Shown: positions 39,235 to 47,234 of the stretch, in pieces
Layout: every line of letters starts with the position of its first letter
Position numbering within the stretch: the stretch's first letter is position 1
Source of the DNA: a bacterium
Lineage (GTDB): Bacteria > Zhuqueibacterota > Zhuqueibacteria > Residuimicrobiales > Krinioviventaceae
Direction of reading: 5' to 3'
Assembly (NCBI GenBank): GCA_963675755.2
Contig: CAXXMD010000003.1
Location: 384,001-448,000, forward strand
Length of the DNA: 64,000 nucleotides
Notes under the pieces: generated by a model
What the model was told of the DNA's origin: nothing
Databases searched by the model: none
Seen by the model: only the letters and a program-made list of their open reading frames with translations
Translations under genes and position numbers: made by a program

Positions 39235-39591
39235 TTACCTCACGTTCTCGTTAACAATGAATTCATCATTGGGATCAAAAGCTGGCTGCGCAACAATAAA
39301 TGCAGTCACTTTTCCGGTTACCTTGTGTTTTACACCTGGTGGAATTTGTATCACAACACCCGGCTCCAACGCTGCATGTTCATTATCAAGTACCATTGTC
39401 CCGCTTCCGTTCAGAATATAATAAATTTCCGTTGTTTTTTCATGATAATGTAGTTCGGCATCCTCAATCTCGGTACGATGCACACTCACATTCGGGTTCT
39501 CATCCCGATTTATAAAACGCTGACTGGTCCCGCAGGGACATGGTACCGCTGACACATCGTCTATATGCTTTACGATCAATTCCACACTCAT
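39235..39591 (-). CDS. Cupin-domain protein (mannose-6-phosphate isomerase-like)
   Basis: CPCG, LHYHEKTTEIYYILNGSG, IPPGVKH. Confidence 0.85.
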   Translation of the reverse strand: MSVELIVKHIDDVSAVPCPCGTSQRFINRDENPNVSVHRTEIEDAELHYHEKTTEIYYILNGSGTMVLDNEHAALEPGVVIQIPPGVKHKVTGKVTAFIVAQPAFDPNDEFIVNENVR

Positions 39592-39727
39592 GTTCCACTC
39601 CAAACATAATTCTTTTTATACCTTTAATATGGCAACCATATTGTAAAATTTCAACAGATTTATTCAAGAAAAAGCATTGATTGTCCGCAAATGTTTTCCT
39701 AAATTACCCACAAAAACAGATGGGCCT

Positions 39728-41029
39728 ATGAATTACACTACTATTCTTGAAAAAAAACGTGACGGTTTACGGCTGAATAGCCGTGAAATAGATTTTTGCA
39801 TAGACGAGATTGCTCGCGGACATGTTCCTGATTACCAGGTATCCGCATTACTTATGGCAATATATATTCAGGGTATGACACCTCAGGAAACGGCTCGCCT
39901 GACACGCGCAATGACCCATTCCGGAGAAATCATTGACCTTTCTGATATTCCCGGCCCCAAAATAGACAAACACAGCACTGGCGGCGTAGGCGATAAAGTC
40001 TCTATCGTCCTTGCGCCACTCGCTGCCGCTGCAGGCATCAATGTGCCCATGATCTCGGGTCGCAGTCTGGGGCATACCGGTGGTACTCTAGACAAGCTTG
40101 AATCCATTCCCGGATTCAGAACAGATCTCAGCATTGATGAATTCAAAACCAATATTAAAGATCTGGGCCTGTGCCTCATTGGCCAAACCAAAGATGTTGC
40201 ACCGGCAGACAAGATCATGTACTCACTTCGAGATGCAACCGCAACAGTCAGTTCGGTTCCGCTTATCACGTCCAGCATTATGAGTAAAAAACTGGCTGAA
40301 GGTATAAACGGACTGGTACTGGATGTAAAAATAGGCAATGGCAGCTTTTTGCCCGATATGGACAAAGCAGAACAATTGACCCAAAGCCTGATTGATACCG
40401 CAATGCTGAACGATCTCAAAGTAACAGCCATGCTCACAGACATGGACCAGCCGCTGGGCGATTGTGCAGGCAACTGGGTAGAAATTGTAGAATCTGTTAA
40501 TACCTTACAAGGCAAAGGTCCTCAAGACCTTACCGAATTAACCCTGGCCCAGGCGGCACACATGATGCTGATGGCTGAAAAAGCCGAAACATACGACCAG
40601 GCCATAGAAACATTGACCGCGCTTTTGAACAATGGCAAAGCCTATGAAAAATTTCTGCAAATTGTGGAAAGACAATACGGTGATATCTCTGTATTTGAAA
40701 ATCCTGAAGAATTGTACCAACCCGCTCAAACGATCAGCATCGTTGCGCAGGAAAGCGGAGTTATATCTTCCATGCAGACACGGGACATTGGCTATATTCT
40801 GGTAGATCTTGGCGGAGGCAGGCGCCATGTGCACGACAAAATTGATCCTGCCGCAGCAATCTGGTTCCATAGAAAAAAAGGAGAAGCTGTCATTGCAGGT
40901 GACACATTGATGACGGTTTATACCAACCGTCCGGTCAAAGACCTTGAAAAAAAATTACTGGCAACCGTTACAATTAGTGAAGAATTTAACCTGGATAACC
41001 ATCTAATTTTAAAAACCATAAAACCCTGA
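39728..41029 (+). CDS. pdp: Pyrimidine-nucleoside/thymidine phosphorylase
   Basis: KKRDG, DKHSTGGVGDK, SGRSLGHTGGTLDKLESIPG, SSIMSKKLA, LDVKIGNG. Confidence 0.93.
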   Translation: MNYTTILEKKRDGLRLNSREIDFCIDEIARGHVPDYQVSALLMAIYIQGMTPQETARLTRAMTHSGEIIDLSDIPGPKIDKHSTGGVGDKVSIVLAPLAAAAGINVPMISGRSLGHTGGTLDKLESIPGFRTDLSIDEFKTNIKDLGLCLIGQTKDVAPADKIMYSLRDATATVSSVPLITSSIMSKKLAEGINGLVLDVKIGNGSFLPDMDKAEQLTQSLIDTAMLNDLKVTAMLTDMDQPLGDCAGNWVEIVESVNTLQGKGPQDLTELTLAQAAHMMLMAEKAETYDQAIETLTALLNNGKAYEKFLQIVERQYGDISVFENPEELYQPAQTISIVAQESGVISSMQTRDIGYILVDLGGGRRHVHDKIDPAAAIWFHRKKGEAVIAGDTLMTVYTNRPVKDLEKKLLATVTISEEFNLDNHLILKTIKP

Positions 41030-41038
41030 GGCACAATA

Positions 41039-41590
41039 ATGCGAATCGAAAATATGGAAATCCCTGATGTGCTGCTCATCACCCCTCAAGTCCATGGAGA
41101 CCACAGGGGATATTTCATGGAGATCTATAACCAGCAGCTCCTGAAAGAGCAGGGTTTTACAGCAAATTTTGTACAAGACAATATGAGTAGTTCGGTTAAA
41201 GGCACCCTGCGCGGATTACATTACCAGCTTGATCCACACGCACAGGGAAAACTCGTAAGGGTTATCAGAGGTTCGGTCTTTGATGTAGCTGTAGATATAC
41301 GGCAATCTTCACCCACCTATGGGAAATGGGTAGGCGCTGAACTCTCGGAAGACAATAAACAGGCATTATATGTACCCCCGGGTTTTGCGCATGGATTCTA
41401 TGTATTGTCTAATATAGCCGAATTTATGTACAAATGTACCGATTTGTACGCACCACAAGCCGAACGCGGAATTATCTGGAACGATCCGGAAATAAATATA
41501 CATTGGCCGCTGTTGGATGAAAATGTGATAATATCTGATAAAGATAAAAATTTGCCGTTGCTTAAAAATACGGAAAATAATTTTAAATAA
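41039..41590 (+). CDS. rmlC: dTDP-4-dehydrorhamnose 3,5-epimerase
   Basis: DHRGYFME, FVQDNMS, GTLRGLHYQ, DVAVDIR, PPGFAHGF, YKCT. Confidence 0.95.
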   Translation: MRIENMEIPDVLLITPQVHGDHRGYFMEIYNQQLLKEQGFTANFVQDNMSSSVKGTLRGLHYQLDPHAQGKLVRVIRGSVFDVAVDIRQSSPTYGKWVGAELSEDNKQALYVPPGFAHGFYVLSNIAEFMYKCTDLYAPQAERGIIWNDPEINIHWPLLDENVIISDKDKNLPLLKNTENNFK

Positions 41591-41883
41591 TGAACCCCAA
41601 TACAAAAAAAGCGCTTTCATGGATACTCATTCTCACCGGAATGATTTTCCTTTTTCTCACAACCGCGTCCCCGTTTCTGCATAATCACAACGCGGATTTT
41701 GAGCACCATGAAGACTGTCCGGTTTCCCGCATGGAAGCCACGCTTTTTATTATCATCCTTACAATTATTCTGGCTTTTGTACAAACCCTGCAGCAAAGGG
41801 GCTCTGTTCTTTGCCACAGGGACCTTGTCATTATCAGCCAGGTTGCATCCTCTCCGCTCAAATTACGAGCTCCTCCTGCTTAA
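41590..41883 (+). CDS. His-rich membrane leader ORF ending in RAPP (DUF2946/CruR-like), candidate ribosome-arrest peptide
   Basis: TM1, HNH..EHHEDCPVS, second hydrophobic segment, terminal LRAPPA-stop; directly upstream of a lipoprotein and a TonB-dependent receptor. Confidence 0.72.
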   Translation: MNPNTKKALSWILILTGMIFLFLTTASPFLHNHNADFEHHEDCPVSRMEATLFIIILTIILAFVQTLQQRGSVLCHRDLVIISQVASSPLKLRAPPA

Positions 41884-41968
41884 TCCGGTTACCTAACAAA
41901 ATACAACTCTTTTTTATACCATTTTATCAGGTACTTGGAAACGTATATCTATAAACAGGAGAAATCCC

Positions 41969-42442
41969 ATGAAAATTATAAATACATCCAAATGGATCAT
42001 ATTATTCAGCGTCATTACTATCCTTTTTTTCACTGCATGTTCAGATGACAGCAATCCCGTTGATACCGATGAATCAGACCATGACCACGCGGAAGCGGTT
42101 GGTCTGATAGTATCTTTGGGCGATCAGGAACTGGTTAGCTATAAAGAAGGCACGGTAACCGGTTCTTTTGCCATTACCACAGGACAAACCACAGACAAAC
42201 TGACTATTCAATTTATCGCAGAAGACGGTGATGTTTTCACCCCCGAAGGCGATCATTATGGATTTGTCTGGGAGGTTGGCAATACTGCGGTAGCAAACAT
42301 TCTTCAGGAAGAAAGTTATGGTACATGGGAGTTTTATATCTCGGGAATTGCTGCAGGACAAACATCTGTCATTTTCAAAATTTTTCATGGTGATCATGCC
42401 GATTTTGTCTCTCCCGAGATTTCCATAACCGTTGCAGATTAA
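41969..42442 (+). CDS. His/Asp-rich lipoprotein, putative metal-binding
   Basis: FFTAC lipobox, DESDHDHAEA and FHGDHADF motifs; AGGAG RBS. Confidence 0.8.
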   Translation: MKIINTSKWIILFSVITILFFTACSDDSNPVDTDESDHDHAEAVGLIVSLGDQELVSYKEGTVTGSFAITTGQTTDKLTIQFIAEDGDVFTPEGDHYGFVWEVGNTAVANILQEESYGTWEFYISGIAAGQTSVIFKIFHGDHADFVSPEISITVAD

Positions 42443-42448
42443 GGTGGC

Positions 42449-44695
42449 ATGATCATGAGAACAAGGCTATTTATTCTGCTGTTACTATCAACCAGCATTC
42501 TCATCAAACCGGTTTATACAGCACCCGGGCCCGAACTACCGGACCCGGAGTGTCCGGTAGAGTCTTCTGTCTTGATGGGTACTGTCAGAGATTCCATGAG
42601 CGCAGAGCCTATTGGATTTGTCAACATCCTGCTGCAAGAGCTCAATCGCTCCATCACCACCGATGCCAAAGGCAGGTTTGTCTTGTCTGATCTGCGATGC
42701 GGCAGTTTTACTGCCAGAACTTTTCGCATTGGTTACAAAAACATTACCTTTCCGGTAACTCTGGTGCACAAAGATACCACACAATTGGATATTGTACTTG
42801 AGCAAACCCCATTGATGTTTCAGGATGTTCTGGTAGAAAGCCAGCGCGGCAGTAATGATGAACAAGTAAGCACACCTATTATGCTGTCCGATAAAAAACT
42901 GCATGCCAACCTGGGCAAAACCATAGCGGAAACCGTGGATTATGAACCGGGAGTATCTCAGCAAACCATGGGGCCCGCACCCGCCAGACCCGTATTGCGA
43001 GGACTGGGAGGGGCCAGGCTCCTCATGCTGGAAGATGCCAACACTACCGGAGATCTCTCGGCAACATCTGCTGACCATGCGGTTGCCATTGAACCCCTGA
43101 CGACCGAGCGTATTGAAGTGGTCCGGGGCCCCAAAGCGCTTACATACGGCTCCAATACTCTGGGTGGTGTGATCAATGTAGTTAGAGGATTCATCCCCAC
43201 TACCGGCGTTAAAGCCGTAACAGGTTCTTTTACTCTGAACGGTGAAACCGTCAACAGCGGTAATGCGGTTGGTGGAGATATCTCACTACCGGCAGGACCT
43301 TTTACTGTGCGTCTGGATGGCAGTACCCGCCGGGCTGGCAGCATCCAAACACCAGCGGGAACACTGACCAACACGGGCATCAACACCCAAAACGCCTCAG
43401 CCGGAGCTGCATTGATCCGTAAATGGGGACGTGTTGGATTTGCCGCGGGCGATTATGAAAGCAGTTACGGTATACCCCCGGATCCCTATGGCGGTCATCC
43501 AAATGGTGTGGATATCAATCTTGAACGCAGACATACCGAAACCCTGCTGGAATGGTTTCCGCATCAACAACGCATTAAAAGCGTAAACATAATCCATACA
43601 TGGTCACGTTATTACCATGAGGAAATAGAAGCCTCGGGCGATCTGGGAATGAATTTTGGCGCCATTAACCACAACCTGCGCATTGAAACCACATTGGGAA
43701 GCTGCGGTAAACTTGAGAATAGTAAAATCGGATTAAAATCCGGCTATCGCGATTATGCCACAGGCGGTCTTACCTTTACCCCGGCAGTTCAGGAATATAA
43801 TCACGAGCTGTATTTTTACCAGCAGGCACACCTGGGGCCATTTGTTCAAAACGGTGCGGTGCGATATAATTTCAAATCCATCAAACCAGATACCCTCTAT
43901 GAATCGAGACAGGTGGGCAGTGTTCGTGAACGAGAATTTCAGGGCGTTGCCGCATCCATATCACTGCAATATGATTACTATACTTGGATTTTTGGCGGAA
44001 CAGTGACCCGTACGTTCATGCCCCCGGGTGTGGAAGAATTGTTCTCCGAGGGACCGCATCTGGCTGCATATGCCTACGAAGTGGGCAATGCGGAACTGAA
44101 TGCAGAAACCGGACTGGGAACCGAGCTTTTTATCAAAAAGAACCAGCGTGATCATTCGCTCTATTTTTCCGTATACCAGAACTATATCGATAACTACCTC
44201 ATCCCGGTCAATACGGGAGAAAAGAGCTGGCGGCGCGCGGATCTGTACGTATACCGTTATTTGGGAGAGGCGGTTATGATGCGCGGTACCGAATTGTCGG
44301 GCAGCTGGTTATTGTCCCGGTATTTATCATTATCCGGTACCCTCAGCTATGTCTGGGGCGAGATTACGTCTCAACACACCCCCATTCCCCGCACACCTCC
44401 GCTGGAAGGCCGACTGGCACTGAACTATCGCAAAGGCAGCTTTTCAGCGGGCATAAACCTGCGCGCGGCAGACGCGCAAACCCGTACCGGCGAATTTGAA
44501 ACCACAACAGATGGCTATACCGTGCTCGATCTTTCAGCGCAATACCTCATTGCCGCAGCGGGATTCATGCACAGCATTTCCTTGTCCGTTAACAATGCAA
44601 CGGATACATCATACCGCAAGCACCTCAACCGCGTTAAAGACGTTATGCCCGAACCCGGCAGAAACGTGCGGCTGTTGTACAAGGTATTTTATTGA
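42449..44695 (+). CDS. TonB-dependent receptor, ZnuD-like metal transporter with N-terminal carboxypeptidase-regulatory-like domain
   Basis: Plug RPVLRGLGG..SADHAVAIEP..IEVVRGPKALTYGSNTLGGVINV; ELFSEGPHLAA; C-terminal PGRNVRLLYKVFY. Confidence 0.9.
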   Translation: MIMRTRLFILLLLSTSILIKPVYTAPGPELPDPECPVESSVLMGTVRDSMSAEPIGFVNILLQELNRSITTDAKGRFVLSDLRCGSFTARTFRIGYKNITFPVTLVHKDTTQLDIVLEQTPLMFQDVLVESQRGSNDEQVSTPIMLSDKKLHANLGKTIAETVDYEPGVSQQTMGPAPARPVLRGLGGARLLMLEDANTTGDLSATSADHAVAIEPLTTERIEVVRGPKALTYGSNTLGGVINVVRGFIPTTGVKAVTGSFTLNGETVNSGNAVGGDISLPAGPFTVRLDGSTRRAGSIQTPAGTLTNTGINTQNASAGAALIRKWGRVGFAAGDYESSYGIPPDPYGGHPNGVDINLERRHTETLLEWFPHQQRIKSVNIIHTWSRYYHEEIEASGDLGMNFGAINHNLRIETTLGSCGKLENSKIGLKSGYRDYATGGLTFTPAVQEYNHELYFYQQAHLGPFVQNGAVRYNFKSIKPDTLYESRQVGSVREREFQGVAASISLQYDYYTWIFGGTVTRTFMPPGVEELFSEGPHLAAYAYEVGNAELNAETGLGTELFIKKNQRDHSLYFSVYQNYIDNYLIPVNTGEKSWRRADLYVYRYLGEAVMMRGTELSGSWLLSRYLSLSGTLSYVWGEITSQHTPIPRTPPLEGRLALNYRKGSFSAGINLRAADAQTRTGEFETTTDGYTVLDLSAQYLIAAAGFMHSISLSVNNATDTSYRKHLNRVKDVMPEPGRNVRLLYKVFY

Positions 44696-44717
44696 TGAAA
44701 TTAGATTTTCTTAAAAT

Positions 44718-44753
44718 AAAAAAGCCCTGCAACATTGTGTTACAGGGCTTTTT
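44718..44753. terminator. Bidirectional terminator between the receptor gene and tmRNA
   Basis: AAAAAAGCCCTG...CAGGGCTTTTT. Confidence 0.8.
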
Positions 44754-44762
44754 CAATTCTAG

Positions 44763-45122
44763 TGGAGACGGTGGGAGTTGAACCCACGTCCGAAAACTCG
44801 GCCATAGCGGCGTCTACATGCATAGTTTATGGCTTAAATCTCGGTCATCCCTGCTGCCTTAAACAAAGCCAGAACAACCCAGTCCTGTAAAATTTCACGC
44901 TTTACGCCAGAACATCATAAAACGCAAACCCGCAGTAATCGTCGTCCTTTCCGGCCCCCTGCGGGTCCAATTCCGGAAGGACGTTAGCTGTCAATTAAGC
45001 AGCTAAAGCGTAATCGTAATTGTCTGCAATTACTTAGTTTTCTCGGATGATTAACGAGGGCACCGAGGTCCTCGACACGCAGCCACTAACACCATAATTC
45101 CCGTCGAATCCAAGTCGTCCCC
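44763..45122 (-). ncRNA. ssrA: tmRNA; resume-frame tag ADNYDYALAA* at 45027-44995
   Basis: 5' GGGGACGACTTGGATTCGAC; 3' GTGGGTTCAACTCCCACCGTCTCCA; acceptor stem GGGGACG/CGTCTCC with the G3-U70 alanine identity pair; tag ends ALAA-TAA. Confidence 0.97.
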
Positions 45123-45134
45123 ATTTCAAAGAGC

Positions 45135-45162
45135 ATTATATAATTTAACACTTTTTCAGCAA
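45135..45162 (-). promoter_or_regulatory. Sigma70-type promoter for ssrA
   Basis: TTGCTG-16 bp-TATAAT, ending 12 bp upstream of the mature 5' end. Confidence 0.6.
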
Positions 45163-45227
45163 AAAACAATTGCTTTTCTATTCGTATAACGTAAAATTAA
45201 CCGCTTTTGTTCCATCCCAAATAACAA

Positions 45228-45258
45228 ATCCCGCGGTATCTAGTATACACCGCGGGAT
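45228..45258 (-). terminator. Terminator after the secreted propeller protein
   Basis: ATCCCGCGGT...ACCGCGGGAT perfect 10-bp stem followed by TTGTTATTT on the minus strand. Confidence 0.7.
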
Positions 45259-45280
45259 GCAATTTTATTCAAAAAAATGT

Positions 45281-47080
45281 TTATCGAATCAATGTCATTT
45301 TACGTACCAGGGTGTTGCCGTTGCATTGCATCTTGTAAAAATACACACCCGATGCCACCTGCTGGTTCTGAGCATTCATACCATTCCATGTCAACTGGTA
45401 ATTACCTGCCTGCCGATATCCATCATACAGCGTCTGAATGTGCTTGCCATTGATATCAAAAACCGCAACCTGCACATCTCCGGCTTTATCCAGATTGTAC
45501 TCGATTGTTGTCTGCGGATTAAATGGATTGGGATAATTCTGGCCCAGACTGAAAACAGAAGGAACCGATTCATTTTCCTCAACTGCCACCGGTATGGTGC
45601 CTTTGATAATGCGGGCAACCAGCTCATTGCCGTTCTCTTCGTTTGTTGAATCGTAAACAGCATAAACAACAAGAAATTCGTTACGGTAGCTGTTATGCGC
45701 AATACCTACCAGGTTACCACCGGCACTCTTGTACTCATCAGTATCAATTTCACAATTTTCAGTGCTTGCGACATCATTGGCCCGGTCTAATGTAATCAAT
45801 GAAACCGATGAATCAGGCTCTACATAAACACGTTGTCCATATTCATCTGTATTATAATAATCAGCATTCATGTTCCGCTGATCTTCCCAGTGCAGCATGA
45901 ATTCATTATCATATTCGCTCCAGGCAATATCCGGAGCATTCTGCCGCCCGATTGCATCACTAACTGGAAATGAGGAATGTACTTCAAAATCACCCAGGTT
46001 GTTTATAGCATAGCAAAAAAACAAACTATCGTCATCCGCAGTCGGCTTTAAACCCATCTTGACAGCTTCCGAATCCGGTACAAAGGCAACCCGCTGTCCA
46101 TAAATATCATTGTCAGGATATGCACCATTCACCCATGTTACCAGACACTCGCAGAATTTACTGCTCTGCGCGGATTTGTTTAATGAATTGTCATATTCAT
46201 AATTAAACTGCGCCCGGGGTTGTAACGGATCTATGTAATTGCCGGTATCTGTTGCAATAACCATGGGACCTTCCTGATCATGGCCCATAGCGTCCCGCAA
46301 GGTACCATATGCGCTTACACGTTGTCCCCAGACTTCAATATTGTTCATATAATCGTCACTGCCAAAAACAACAAACCATTCATTGAGATAATCCGAATAG
46401 GTGACAACCGGAACATCATGAATATTATTTGTATCACAGATAATAAAATTTTCTGATCTATCTGAAGGGATTAAAAACTCACCATTTGCATTCACAATTT
46501 GGCCATAAATTGCACCATTGTACGGAACTAAACCGCGATAATCCGTCCAGACCACCAGAAAAGTTCCTGTCATTGAATTATACGCAACATCCGGATAATG
46601 AATTGCCGATGAATCCGTACAAACGGAAAAGCAGGTATCAATTTCTGTAAATTCAGTTTCAATGTGTTTACCATCTTTGTCAAGAATTGCAGCATAAACA
46701 TCGTAATTATCATACCAATCGTCAACATCTTGAGCATTTCGATTGTCTGAAAAAACAACCAAATATCGATTGCTAACAGGATCAAAATCCAAGTGCGGCC
46801 ACCATTGTGAAGAGGAATCGTTGGTAACACAAATATTTTCACCTCTCAATGTGCCATCACCTCTAATAATTTGTCCGTAAATATCAGAGTGTGTGGTTTG
46901 ATATGTACGATTATCTTCCCATACCACAAGGTACTCATCCTCTATAGGATTATAAACGGCTTGGGTAAAACTCTGGCAAAATGGTGCGTTAGAAATTTCT
47001 ATCAGATCTCCAATTACCCCGGCAGATCCAACAGAACAGAATAATGCAACAAACAGCATTATTACTGAATACTTTTTCAT
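45281..47080 (-). CDS. Secreted repeat protein (about 7 blades) with FlgD-Ig/T9SS-like C-terminal sorting domain
   Basis: Signal peptide; repeats of YLVVWEDxR...DIYGQ(I/R); CTD FSLGQNYPNPFNPQT...WNGMNAQNQQVASGVYFY...RKMTLIR. Confidence 0.85.
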   Translation of the reverse strand: MKKYSVIMLFVALFCSVGSAGVIGDLIEISNAPFCQSFTQAVYNPIEDEYLVVWEDNRTYQTTHSDIYGQIIRGDGTLRGENICVTNDSSSQWWPHLDFDPVSNRYLVVFSDNRNAQDVDDWYDNYDVYAAILDKDGKHIETEFTEIDTCFSVCTDSSAIHYPDVAYNSMTGTFLVVWTDYRGLVPYNGAIYGQIVNANGEFLIPSDRSENFIICDTNNIHDVPVVTYSDYLNEWFVVFGSDDYMNNIEVWGQRVSAYGTLRDAMGHDQEGPMVIATDTGNYIDPLQPRAQFNYEYDNSLNKSAQSSKFCECLVTWVNGAYPDNDIYGQRVAFVPDSEAVKMGLKPTADDDSLFFCYAINNLGDFEVHSSFPVSDAIGRQNAPDIAWSEYDNEFMLHWEDQRNMNADYYNTDEYGQRVYVEPDSSVSLITLDRANDVASTENCEIDTDEYKSAGGNLVGIAHNSYRNEFLVVYAVYDSTNEENGNELVARIIKGTIPVAVEENESVPSVFSLGQNYPNPFNPQTTIEYNLDKAGDVQVAVFDINGKHIQTLYDGYRQAGNYQLTWNGMNAQNQQVASGVYFYKMQCNGNTLVRKMTLIR

Positions 47081-47234
47081 GCAAGAACCCTCCAATTTTT
47101 TATGATATACGAGTATGTTAATTTATTCGGTAAAAATCAAGAAATATAAAGCATTTAGGGAAAAAAAAGTGGGAAATAATTGTTTAATTTTTAAATTAAG
47201 AAAAGTAGGAATTGGGGAAAAAAGGGGTTAACTT

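Noticed and set aside
44718-44790. tRNA gene or genomic island at the GGTTCAACTCCC T-arm
   Set aside because: The T-arm belongs to the tmRNA, and no duplicated 3' end was found.
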